Shown: positions 28,178 through 37,057 of the stretch, piece by piece | How positions within the stretch are numbered: the stretch's first letter is position 1 | Layout: each line of letters starts with the position of its first letter | DNA from: a virus | Lineage: Duplodnaviria > Caudoviricetes | Virus record (IMG/VR): IMGVR_UViG_3300033121_001133 | Location: 32,001-96,000 of that record | DNA: 64,000 nt | Strand: one strand, 5' to 3' | Program-made: the position numbers and the translations under genes | Notes under the pieces: generated by a model | What the model saw: only the letters and a program-made list of their open reading frames with translations | Told to the model about the DNA's origin: nothing | Database searches by the model: none

Positions 28178-31100
28178 ATGCCTGAGTACGTATCTAAAGC
28201 TGGTGGTGTAGGGCTTGCCCTAGTGCTGACTGTCGAGGACATTCCCTCACTGACAGGGTCAATGTCTGGATCAGTTGACACAGGTTCGTTCCTGATCACA
28301 GCTTCGTTTGCTAATCCTTTCTTATCCTTCTCCAAGGGAGATGGTACACAGTTCTATCTCAACCTTGAGACTCTTGTGCCGATTAACGCACAGACAGCGT
28401 CGTTTGTTACGGGTTCCAGTGTATATGGTCCATATGGTTCAAATAGCGTAATATCGTCATCCTGGTCCGCTACGGCGGCTACTGCATCCTATGTCCCACC
28501 CTATGGAGCTGCAGCATCTCCACCGGAGACTTCTGTCCAGTTTAATAGTGGAGGATTTTTTGAGGGGCGGGCTTTCTTCACATACGAGTATGGAACAGAG
28601 AGCTTGCAACAAGGACTCAAAAACGAAGCTCTAGGCTACTACAGCCACGCAGAGGGAGCTGGAACTTGGACTGGTCAATATGGATACTCCGCCAATCGTG
28701 TGGGATACCATATGGTGCTAGATGCAGGTTATGGAGATGTGACTGGTGTGTTCAGTGGAGTTGATGTTGTTGTGATTGATGATCTGTTTTTTTTCAGTTT
28801 TCCCACTACCGTAGGAATACAAATTACAAGCACCAGCTTTGATGGTACAAATACTCTGATCTACTCGGATCAATTTGATCCAAACTGGAGCTACCTCATT
28901 ATAGGAGTCCCGTTTGAAACAAACCCACCGTCAGCTGACCAGCTAATTAGAGGCTGGATAGGTTATGGAGACGCTATTGACGGAAACGCTGCCCACAGCG
29001 AAGGCGACTACACAATCGCAGCTGGTCACCGTTCACACGCAGAAGGTTCAGGCTCACATGCCATCGGAGGATGGTCTCATGCCGAAGGTAAAAAAACTAT
29101 TGCAGCAGGTCTTAATTCACACGCTGAGGGTGAAGATACTTTAGCGCTTAGAGCAGCTGCTCACGCTGAGGGATCTGGATCAAAAGCGCTGGGATTGGGT
29201 TCCCATGCCGAGGGATACAACACTATTGCAACTGGTGCATATTCACATGCTGAGGGATATGCAACCTTCGCTGCCAGCCTTGGTCCTTACCCTGGACACG
29301 CAGAGGGGTCGGATACTGTGGCTGTCCTCGGTTCTTCTAGGGGTATAGGAACAGTGGCCGCTGGATCTGGTGCTCACGCGGAGGGAGCAGAGACTGTTGC
29401 CGGATTTTTAGGATTCTCCGCCTTACAGCAGGCAGCCTTCAACGAGACCGGATCATGGCTAGTACCAATACCCGGGGATCCAATCGTAGATGTTAGTAGT
29501 TTCTTCACGCCTGGCAACAAGCTATTTGGCTACTTCTATGATTTTGGAGGCAATCCAGTAGGCCTACGGGAGTACACGATATCGTCCTCTATCTATACTC
29601 CAGGAGTTGGTACGTTAGTAGGAGTCTACGAGCTGATTCATTCTATCTACGTTAGTTACATACTAGACCTAGACAGCTGGACGCAGAACCCACGTGCATA
29701 TGCCACAGCGTCAGGGATTAGCTATTATATTCCCAATATCAATAATAATGCCCAGTCGTGGTCATTTCACTCGGAAGGTATTTCTACCGCGGCTCTCGGT
29801 CAGGGATCCCATGCGGAGGGAGGTTATACTAGCACACGGGGACTTTACTCTCACACCGAGGGATACTTCACGCTAGCTCTAAATACCGCCTCTCACGCTG
29901 AGGGGTACTATGCCACTTCTTCGGGCGTGTACGCCCATGCAGAGGGCTATTACACCAGAGCACAGGGACTTGCATCTCACGCTGAGGGTAATTTTGCTGC
30001 GACTTTAGGAAGCGCCTCTCATGCAGAGGGAACCTACACATCAGCTTCAGGTAACTACTCACATGCAGAGGGTAGTTCTAGCTTTGCTGCGGGAGAAGCT
30101 TCTCATGCGGAGGGAATAGGCACGAGAGCAGAGGGCGTAGGTGCCCACGCCGAAGGATTAAGGACTAGGGTACCGGGAGATTTTGCACATGCACAGGGAG
30201 AGTTGACAGTTGCCTTTGGAGCAGGATCGCATGCCGAAGGACACTTCACCACAGCATCAGGAGATTACTCCCACGCAGAGGGATATCTAACCATTGTGGA
30301 TGGGGGCTATGGTCATGCCGAGGGATCGCAGACGCTAGTTGGTGTGGATTTTGCACATGCCGAGGGAAGTGCGAGCGTAGCTGCAGGGGTAGCCTCTCAC
30401 GCGGAGGGATTTTACACAACAGCTTCTGGTGAGTTTGCACACGCGGAGGGATATGAAAGTCAGGCAGTAGGGTCTTATTCTCACGCCGAGGGCATAAACA
30501 CCATCTCAATTGGTCACGCTTCTCATGCAGAGGGAGAAAATACCCAAGCGCTTGGAGAGCATTCCCATGCGGAGGGAATTCAAACAGTGGCAACAGGCAT
30601 TAGTGCTCACGCTGAAGGATTTAACACGAATGCTGTTGGAACATACTCTCACGCAGAGGGCAATGGCACTATAGCTTATAGAGTCGGTCAACACGCAAGT
30701 GGTCAATATAACATCGACCTAAACAATCGTGACTTGTTTGTTATAGGAGATGGCACTAATAGCAGTAATAGGCATGATCTGGTAAACGCATCGATAGGAT
30801 GGTTCCGGATCAGTGGATCAGCAGTAGTGTCAAGCAGCTTGATTGTAGTTGGTAGTAGCACTGTTTCAGGCTCAAACACAATTACTGGTTCTTGGCAGTT
30901 GACTGGTGGAGGTCAGGTGACAGGATCACTAATCGTATCGGGTAGTTTGATTGTACAAGGAGCAACTAGCTTAACAGGATCTGTGCTAATCACAGGAAGT
31001 GTTGTGCATCTTGGCAGTCATACGTTAACAGGATCGTTGACTGTTAGTGGATCTCTAATCGCGAACAGGGTTTATCTCACGGGATCGCTAACAGGATCCT

Positions 31101-31855
31101 TCTTTGGTAGTGGTTCAGGTCACTTCAATGGTATATTTTCAGGGTCGTTGTTTGGTACCTCTTCCTGGGCTATAAATGCGATCACAGCATCGTACATTAC
31201 TAGCTCTGGAGTGAATGGACCATATGGCCCAAACAGCATACTATCAGCCTCTTACTCAGTTACCTCAAGCCACTCAGTAACTACTAGACCTGCAGGCGGA
31301 TTGAACGAGATTCAGTTTAATGGTGGATCCGGCTCTCTAGCTGCTAGCAGCAACCTATCATTCACTGAGCTTAACGAGCTTAACATCAGGTCTATCACCG
31401 ATAATGGTTCAGGTAAGTTGCCAACGAATGCTGGAGTTCGTTTGTGTGATCTTAATGAGACATCAAACGTACAGCGGATCAGCGTGCAGCAAGTGTCCAT
31501 CAACAGGTCCGTTGGTGCAACAACCCGCACTAGCGTAATAACAATACCGGTGGAGGCTCCGGAGAGAGTGGGATTCTTGTGCAATTATGTGATCGTCAGC
31601 GTTAGCGGGGATACAAGATGCGGCCAGCTAATTTGCAGCTGGAAGCATATAGCTACTGGCCCCACTACTGCGGACTACTCTCTAGTTGATACCAACAACG
31701 TCGCATCCACACCAGGATCTGAGGTGGGTCTCGTTAGGTTTGATTTAGACTACGACGTTGTAAATAAGCAGGTATCTCTATATGCTGATTGCACTATGTT
31801 AGTTGATAATGTCAACATCGGAGGTATGTATACCATATTCACATATCCATACTAA
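28178..31855 (+). CDS. Tail fibre/adhesin with YadA-head-like repeats
   Basis: About 32 (S/A)HAEG 14-aa repeats and TGSL repeats. TATTTAT at 28144. Confidence 0.8.
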   Translation: MPEYVSKAGGVGLALVLTVEDIPSLTGSMSGSVDTGSFLITASFANPFLSFSKGDGTQFYLNLETLVPINAQTASFVTGSSVYGPYGSNSVISSSWSATAATASYVPPYGAAASPPETSVQFNSGGFFEGRAFFTYEYGTESLQQGLKNEALGYYSHAEGAGTWTGQYGYSANRVGYHMVLDAGYGDVTGVFSGVDVVVIDDLFFFSFPTTVGIQITSTSFDGTNTLIYSDQFDPNWSYLIIGVPFETNPPSADQLIRGWIGYGDAIDGNAAHSEGDYTIAAGHRSHAEGSGSHAIGGWSHAEGKKTIAAGLNSHAEGEDTLALRAAAHAEGSGSKALGLGSHAEGYNTIATGAYSHAEGYATFAASLGPYPGHAEGSDTVAVLGSSRGIGTVAAGSGAHAEGAETVAGFLGFSALQQAAFNETGSWLVPIPGDPIVDVSSFFTPGNKLFGYFYDFGGNPVGLREYTISSSIYTPGVGTLVGVYELIHSIYVSYILDLDSWTQNPRAYATASGISYYIPNINNNAQSWSFHSEGISTAALGQGSHAEGGYTSTRGLYSHTEGYFTLALNTASHAEGYYATSSGVYAHAEGYYTRAQGLASHAEGNFAATLGSASHAEGTYTSASGNYSHAEGSSSFAAGEASHAEGIGTRAEGVGAHAEGLRTRVPGDFAHAQGELTVAFGAGSHAEGHFTTASGDYSHAEGYLTIVDGGYGHAEGSQTLVGVDFAHAEGSASVAAGVASHAEGFYTTASGEFAHAEGYESQAVGSYSHAEGINTISIGHASHAEGENTQALGEHSHAEGIQTVATGISAHAEGFNTNAVGTYSHAEGNGTIAYRVGQHASGQYNIDLNNRDLFVIGDGTNSSNRHDLVNASIGWFRISGSAVVSSSLIVVGSSTVSGSNTITGSWQLTGGGQVTGSLIVSGSLIVQGATSLTGSVLITGSVVHLGSHTLTGSLTVSGSLIANRVYLTGSLTGSFFGSGSGHFNGIFSGSLFGTSSWAINAITASYITSSGVNGPYGPNSILSASYSVTSSHSVTTRPAGGLNEIQFNGGSGSLAASSNLSFTELNELNIRSITDNGSGKLPTNAGVRLCDLNETSNVQRISVQQVSINRSVGATTRTSVITIPVEAPERVGFLCNYVIVSVSGDTRCGQLICSWKHIATGPTTADYSLVDTNNVASTPGSEVGLVRFDLDYDVVNKQVSLYADCTMLVDNVNIGGMYTIFTYPY
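28640..30710 (+). repeat. Degenerate 42-nt coding repeats (xSHAEGxxTxAxGx)
   Basis: Repeats are visible in DNA as recurring CAY-GCN-GAR-GG. The array is interrupted by two insertions. Bounds are approximate. Confidence 0.85.
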
Positions 31856-31856
31856 C

Positions 31857-32237
31857 ATGGCAGCAGGTAGGTATTCATTTGTGATTGAGCAAGGTGCAAC
31901 AGTAGACTTTGAAATCCAATATAAGGACTCCAGCAATCAGCCGATAGACCTATCAGGGTACTCAGGCCGAATGCAGATCAGATCTTCAGTAGAGAGTGGT
32001 GCTGTAATTTTAGCCCTTTCTAGCTCCTTAGCTTTAGATGGTACGGGGCTGAACTTGAGTGGGTCTAGTGGAACAAGACCTCTAAGTTCAGGCTCCATTG
32101 GGGTCTACATATCTGCTGCATCTTCATCAGCGCTGGATTTTACCACCGCAGTTTACGATATAGAGCTCGTTTCGGGTAGTAGAGTGGTTCGGTTGCTGGA
32201 AGGGTCAGTTAAGTTGAGTAAAGAGGTTACTAGGTAA
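31857..32237 (+). CDS. Small Ig-like virion protein
   Basis: IEQGATVDF...IDLSGYSGRMQIR...VYDIEL..RLLEG pattern. Confidence 0.6.
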   Translation: MAAGRYSFVIEQGATVDFEIQYKDSSNQPIDLSGYSGRMQIRSSVESGAVILALSSSLALDGTGLNLSGSSGTRPLSSGSIGVYISAASSSALDFTTAVYDIELVSGSRVVRLLEGSVKLSKEVTR

Positions 32238-33151
32238 TGAGCCGCAATGTCAACGTAATACAAACTTGTGGTTGTGGTCAAGTGGTTGAGTCTACGACTG
32301 TGGTTGTACAAGAGCCTGCGGATAGGGAGATAGTTACTATAGAGCAACCAAACCCCAGTGTGGTTGTGGTCGTTGGAGGCATCTCCCAGCAAGTACCAGC
32401 CCACAATCACAACGACTTATATTACACCGAGCCTGAGGTAGATGACATGCTTAGTGGTGTTGCGGCCATTCAAAATGACGTTGCGAATTTACTAGATGAG
32501 CGGGCAAAGAGCTTAGTTTGGGTATTTTCCACTTCAACAGAGGACAGTGACCCAGGAGCTGGGGTGTTAAGGTTTGACAACTCAGACATAAGCAGCGTTG
32601 GACAGATCTACATCGACAACCGAGACCAGTCTAACTGCGACCAAGCCTCGTGGATTAGTGGATGGGGCGGTCAACTGGTCATACAGGAGCTATACTACCG
32701 AGCAAATTCAAGCATTTGGACCACATCGTCAAATACCATTGTGTTCCGAGTTGATTTGGTGAAAAATGCCAGTGGCTATAAGAAGATTAGGGTCAAGCTA
32801 ATTCAAGGATCTCTTCCACAACCAGACGCCCTACTCCGGGTTGTTGGGGTGAGTAGCCCTCCTCTAATAGATGATGGTTCTGTGGTTGGAACTGCAAGTG
32901 TAGTAGCCATTACGGGGACAACCGACGGCAGTGGTCGTGTGATGGTTGACCTGACAGCGGCAGTAGGCAATCGACCAGCACTCAATTCTGTGCGGTTTTT
33001 GGGAGGGCATGCAGTTGCGGGAGGACCCATAGTAGGTTATCCGACCAATTTAGCGTTATCAACTTTCACCGTCGAGTTCTACGACGTCCAGTCCAGTTCG
33101 TTGGCGTTAAAGCAGCAGGTTGTGCTTGTAGTCGTCGGAGTTGCTGCCTAG
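32237..33151 (+). CDS. Hypothetical fibre-associated protein
   Basis: HNHNDLYY motif typical of fibre proteins. Coupled to the upstream gene. Confidence 0.5.
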   Translation: MSRNVNVIQTCGCGQVVESTTVVVQEPADREIVTIEQPNPSVVVVVGGISQQVPAHNHNDLYYTEPEVDDMLSGVAAIQNDVANLLDERAKSLVWVFSTSTEDSDPGAGVLRFDNSDISSVGQIYIDNRDQSNCDQASWISGWGGQLVIQELYYRANSSIWTTSSNTIVFRVDLVKNASGYKKIRVKLIQGSLPQPDALLRVVGVSSPPLIDDGSVVGTASVVAITGTTDGSGRVMVDLTAAVGNRPALNSVRFLGGHAVAGGPIVGYPTNLALSTFTVEFYDVQSSSLALKQQVVLVVVGVAA

Positions 33152-33227
33152 CATATAGTTATATCGCTTCGGAGGTCCATTATTAGCGCGACTCGTGCTA
33201 CATATATGAGAGTAAATTACACAGCAC

Positions 33228-34367
33228 ATGAACATCCCAATATGGCCAGGTAGCTCATCCTTCTTTCCAGGAGACACGTCATTTGGTTACTATGATAATG
33301 ACCTAGCCTTTCAGCAAGACGCTGACAAGGTAGCAAAGTGGTGTGCTAGGAAGTTGGGATATCCTATGGTGGATGTAGAAATGCAGGCTACTGGATTCTA
33401 TGATGCGTTTGAGGAAGCGGTGACAGAGTTTAGTACGATTGTCAATATGTACAATGCGAAAGACTATATGTCTGTTCTGCTTGGATCATCCACCTCAAAC
33501 GAACTTTCTCAGAGGGTGATTTCTCCCAATATGGGAAGAGTAATTTCAATTGCTCAATCTTATGGCAGTGAGGCTGGATCGGGAGGTAATGTGGATTGGA
33601 AGAAGGGATACATTGACTTGTTGCCCGGAACAGCGAGCTATGATCTAGATGCTTTGTGGGCCGATCCTCAAGAAGCAAGTGCCAGCATCGAGATCAAACG
33701 AGTGTTTCACAATGCGACTCCAGCAATCTCAAGATACTTTGATCCACAAGTTGGTACAGGTGGAGCGACTCAACAGATGTTGGATAGTTTTGGATGGGGA
33801 TCTTACTCACCAGCTGTTAGCTTCTTGGTAATGCCAATGTATGCAGACGTGCTGAGAATGCAGGCAATTGAGCTAAACGATTTGATTCGCAAATCAGGGT
33901 TCAGCTTCACGTTGAGAAACAACAAGCTGCAAATCTCACCAATTCCAACTAGCACATTGAGGATGTGGTTTGAGTATGTGTTGACCGCAGACCGCAACAA
34001 CCCTCTCAAAACACCTTCAGGGTCAATTAGCGATCTAAGCAACGTTCCATACTCGAGGGTTGACTACTCCGATATTAACGACATCGGAAGGCGTTGGATT
34101 CTTCACTACGCTCTGGCTGCCGCAAAGGAGACATTAGGTAACATACGAAACAAGTATGCAACCATTCCTGTTCCGGGAGCAGAGGTGACTCTAAATGGAA
34201 ATGAGCTCATCACTCAAGCTAGAGAGGATAGAGCCAATCTAAGGCAGGAATTAACGGAATTGCTGCAGTCAATGACCAGACAGGGGCAGATGGAGCAGGA
34301 AGCTGCTATTGCAACTGCGGTTCAGGGACAGCTCAAGATGGTACCTACTTACATATACATCGGATAG
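33228..34367 (+). CDS. Neck protein / head-tail adaptor (gp13-like)
   Basis: RKLGYPMVDVE and LGNIRNKY..IPVPG..VTLNG motifs. Confidence 0.8.
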   Translation: MNIPIWPGSSSFFPGDTSFGYYDNDLAFQQDADKVAKWCARKLGYPMVDVEMQATGFYDAFEEAVTEFSTIVNMYNAKDYMSVLLGSSTSNELSQRVISPNMGRVISIAQSYGSEAGSGGNVDWKKGYIDLLPGTASYDLDALWADPQEASASIEIKRVFHNATPAISRYFDPQVGTGGATQQMLDSFGWGSYSPAVSFLVMPMYADVLRMQAIELNDLIRKSGFSFTLRNNKLQISPIPTSTLRMWFEYVLTADRNNPLKTPSGSISDLSNVPYSRVDYSDINDIGRRWILHYALAAAKETLGNIRNKYATIPVPGAEVTLNGNELITQAREDRANLRQELTELLQSMTRQGQMEQEAAIATAVQGQLKMVPTYIYIG

Positions 34368-34368
34368 C

Positions 34369-34872
34369 ATGGCTCTTTACGGTAGTAGCCGAGATATAAG
34401 TCTGTTCGTCCACCTGAACAAGGAGCTACTGAACAACATTATTCAGCAGGAGGTAGATTATTACCAGGTGTATTTGCCTGAGACTGGGGCAGAGGGGATC
34501 GATGACTTATACGGTGAGGCCAGCGGTCAGAGAGCTTATTATGATCCAGTCAGGATAGCCTGTCTGATTGAGCGGCAAGATCTAAATACAATCGTGGAGG
34601 ATCAGACGGGGATGGATAAGACTCAGATCGTATCCTTTCGATTCCTTCGTCCTATGCTAAGGGAATACAATTTAGTTCCACTGGAAGGAGATATTATCGA
34701 AGTTAGAGGTAATTACTATGAGATCAACGCGATCAATCAGAACCAATTTGTCTTAGGTAAGGATGGAGAGTACCCTAAAAACGTAGGAAATGAGTTTGGT
34801 GAGAACTTTTCAATCATCTGTCAGACACATTTGACACGGGTGTCTAAACTACAAGTTGTACCACGACCATGA
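34369..34872 (+). CDS. Neck protein (gp14-like)
   Basis: Position, plus DDLYGEA and PLEGDII motifs. Confidence 0.7.
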   Translation: MALYGSSRDISLFVHLNKELLNNIIQQEVDYYQVYLPETGAEGIDDLYGEASGQRAYYDPVRIACLIERQDLNTIVEDQTGMDKTQIVSFRFLRPMLREYNLVPLEGDIIEVRGNYYEINAINQNQFVLGKDGEYPKNVGNEFGENFSIICQTHLTRVSKLQVVPRP

Positions 34873-35681
34873 CACACGATCAAAAGCGAAAGCCAAAGAG
34901 CCAGTATGAGCTGACTAAAGGAGAGCCTGATCCTAGGTTTCCAAAGAGCGATCAGGTTAGAAGGGATCAAGACACTCTCAAGGAGCTTGTTATAGGGCTG
35001 AGAGACATTGACTACACCATCAAATGGTATTTTGACAATGTGATCAGGCCCCAAATAGAGGAAGCTGGTCAAGTTCGCGCTGTACCGACACTCTATGGAT
35101 CGCCTGAGAGATGGGCAAATGCTGAAAGTCGAGGGTTCCTGCGAGATAAGGAGGGCAAGGTGCAGGTACCTTTAATTATGTACAGGCGCACGGAGATTGT
35201 CAAGAACAAAACTCTCGGGTCAAAGGTAGACGCAAACTATCCACAACTCTACTACTCTAGCCAAGTCAGGTTCAATCAGACCAATCGGTATGATCAATTT
35301 AGTGTGCTGACTAACGCCAAACCCTCTCTAGGATTTACTAACACCGTAATACCGGACTTTGTAGACGCCACCTATGAGGTACTAGTCTGGACTGATTCAA
35401 TTAAGGATATGAATGGCATCCTAGAAGCCGTACTATACTCAGAGGGGTCTTATTGGGGGGAGCCTGATCGGTTTAAGTTTCGTGCCAAGATAGACAACTT
35501 CACTAATGTGACCGATCTTCCTCCTGACGGAGATCGAATTGTCAAGTCCAACTTCAACGTTCAGTTATCAGGGTACATCATCACAGATGCACTTGTGCGC
35601 AGCTTGGCCAAGAGGGACCCATTCATATCTCAGCAGCCAGATTCAATCCAGGTGAACACAACACCATCAGGTTCCTTCTAA
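34869..35681 (+). CDS. Tail terminator / sheath stabiliser (gp15-like)
   Basis: VPTLYGSPERW motif, positioned before the sheath gene. Confidence 0.7.
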   Translation: MTHDQKRKPKSQYELTKGEPDPRFPKSDQVRRDQDTLKELVIGLRDIDYTIKWYFDNVIRPQIEEAGQVRAVPTLYGSPERWANAESRGFLRDKEGKVQVPLIMYRRTEIVKNKTLGSKVDANYPQLYYSSQVRFNQTNRYDQFSVLTNAKPSLGFTNTVIPDFVDATYEVLVWTDSIKDMNGILEAVLYSEGSYWGEPDRFKFRAKIDNFTNVTDLPPDGDRIVKSNFNVQLSGYIITDALVRSLAKRDPFISQQPDSIQVNTTPSGSF

Positions 35682-35691
35682 CCATTACTAG

Positions 35692-36693
35692 ATGCCAATA
35701 TACTCGTCCTACTATAACGTCGTTGGTGACCAGATTTACCTTAAGGGGATAATCGGATCATCCTCCGTGTTTATATCAGGAACCCTGTTCATAACAGGCT
35801 CTCTACAGGCTCCATCAATTACCGGATCTCTTCTAGGCACCTCTTCATGGGCCCTTTCAGCCTCCTATGTCAATTTACTTGCCGGACCTAACATAACCAT
35901 CAACTATCAGCCCAACGGAATAGCTATATCGGGTTCCGGGGGCTCAGGATCACCAGGAGGTCCAACTAACTCGATCCAGTTTAACAATGCTGGCGCATTT
36001 AGTGGATCTTCAAACTTTACGTTTGACGGTGTATCAAACACGGTGATGCTGCAAGGTAGTGCCCAAATCACAGGCTCTTTGTGGGTTAGTGGAGGAGGAA
36101 TCACCGGATCTCTTCTTGGGACCTCTAGTTGGGCAGTAAGCTCTTCACGAGCTATAACTGCATCGTTTGCACTAACTTCTAGCTTGGCAGTAAGCTCTTC
36201 TTATGCATCAAGTTCACTAAGTGCATCATATGCAGCTACCGCGAGCTTCTATAATGACATAGGGTTAATCATAACCTGCTCTCAAGTTGATACAATAGGA
36301 AATCCCTCAAACACTACCCTCATATCTGTAACCGGTACCACAATGTCCCTTTCTCAAGGTGTGTGGCAGATTGTCTATCGAGGTACCTATCACGTACCAG
36401 CAACCACTGTTGGAGCATTATTCACACTAAGTGCGAGCGTGGCACCTAATCTGGTAGCTGGAATAGTCACATATACCGCGGGTATTGGTGACGATGGATC
36501 GTCCCTATTTGGTGTAATGGGAGGTGGCTTGCCTGTAGTATCTTCAAGGGTTACAACCAACAACGGTTTGAATGTACAGGCTATAGTACACACAACAGCT
36601 AGTTTGCCTATACACCTAGTTTTCCGATCAGAGGTGAATAATAGTGCCGTTACAGCTTCTTCAATAACCGGAATAGCGGTTAAGGTGGGATGA
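35692..36693 (+). CDS. Short fibre-like structural protein
   Basis: ITGSLLGTSSWA twice, SIQFNN, Ser-rich. Confidence 0.6.
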   Translation: MPIYSSYYNVVGDQIYLKGIIGSSSVFISGTLFITGSLQAPSITGSLLGTSSWALSASYVNLLAGPNITINYQPNGIAISGSGGSGSPGGPTNSIQFNNAGAFSGSSNFTFDGVSNTVMLQGSAQITGSLWVSGGGITGSLLGTSSWAVSSSRAITASFALTSSLAVSSSYASSSLSASYAATASFYNDIGLIITCSQVDTIGNPSNTTLISVTGTTMSLSQGVWQIVYRGTYHVPATTVGALFTLSASVAPNLVAGIVTYTAGIGDDGSSLFGVMGGGLPVVSSRVTTNNGLNVQAIVHTTASLPIHLVFRSEVNNSAVTASSITGIAVKVG

Positions 36694-36722
36694 GGTCTAT
36701 TTATAGTTAAACCCCCGGTTCC

Positions 36723-37001
36723 ATGAATATCAAGTTTACAGAGGACGAGTTAACGAGTATTAGAACAATCCAGCAGCGGTACAACACTCTAGGGATTCAA
36801 TTGATTCAGCTAGAGGTTAGTCGTAAGGAGATCGAGGATAGGTTGAGTTTGATCAGAGAACAAGAGGCCATACTGCGAGAGCAAATTCACTCAACTAATA
36901 AGGAGGAGAGGGAGTTGGCGAAAACTTTAGATACGAAGTATGGTGTAGGATCTTTAGACTTAGACACCGGGGAATTTACCCCAAAACCTAACCCAAAATA
37001 A
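36723..37001 (+). CDS. Small coiled-coil protein
   Basis: 92 aa ending KYGVGSLDLDTGEF. TATTTATA at 36698. Confidence 0.65.
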   Translation: MNIKFTEDELTSIRTIQQRYNTLGIQLIQLEVSRKEIEDRLSLIREQEAILREQIHSTNKEERELAKTLDTKYGVGSLDLDTGEFTPKPNPK

Positions 37002-37057
37002 GGTTTAGGACCAAGATGTGATATTTATTGGAAACCGATTCTAACACAGGATAAACA

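Noticed and set aside
28156-28185. 9-codon upstream ORF overlapping the fibre start
   Set aside because: Too short to distinguish from chance, with no supporting signal.
28640-30710. CRISPR array or DGR template/variable repeat
   Set aside because: The repeats are degenerate at synonymous positions inside an ORF. There is no reverse transcriptase or cas gene and no adenine-specific mismatch pair.
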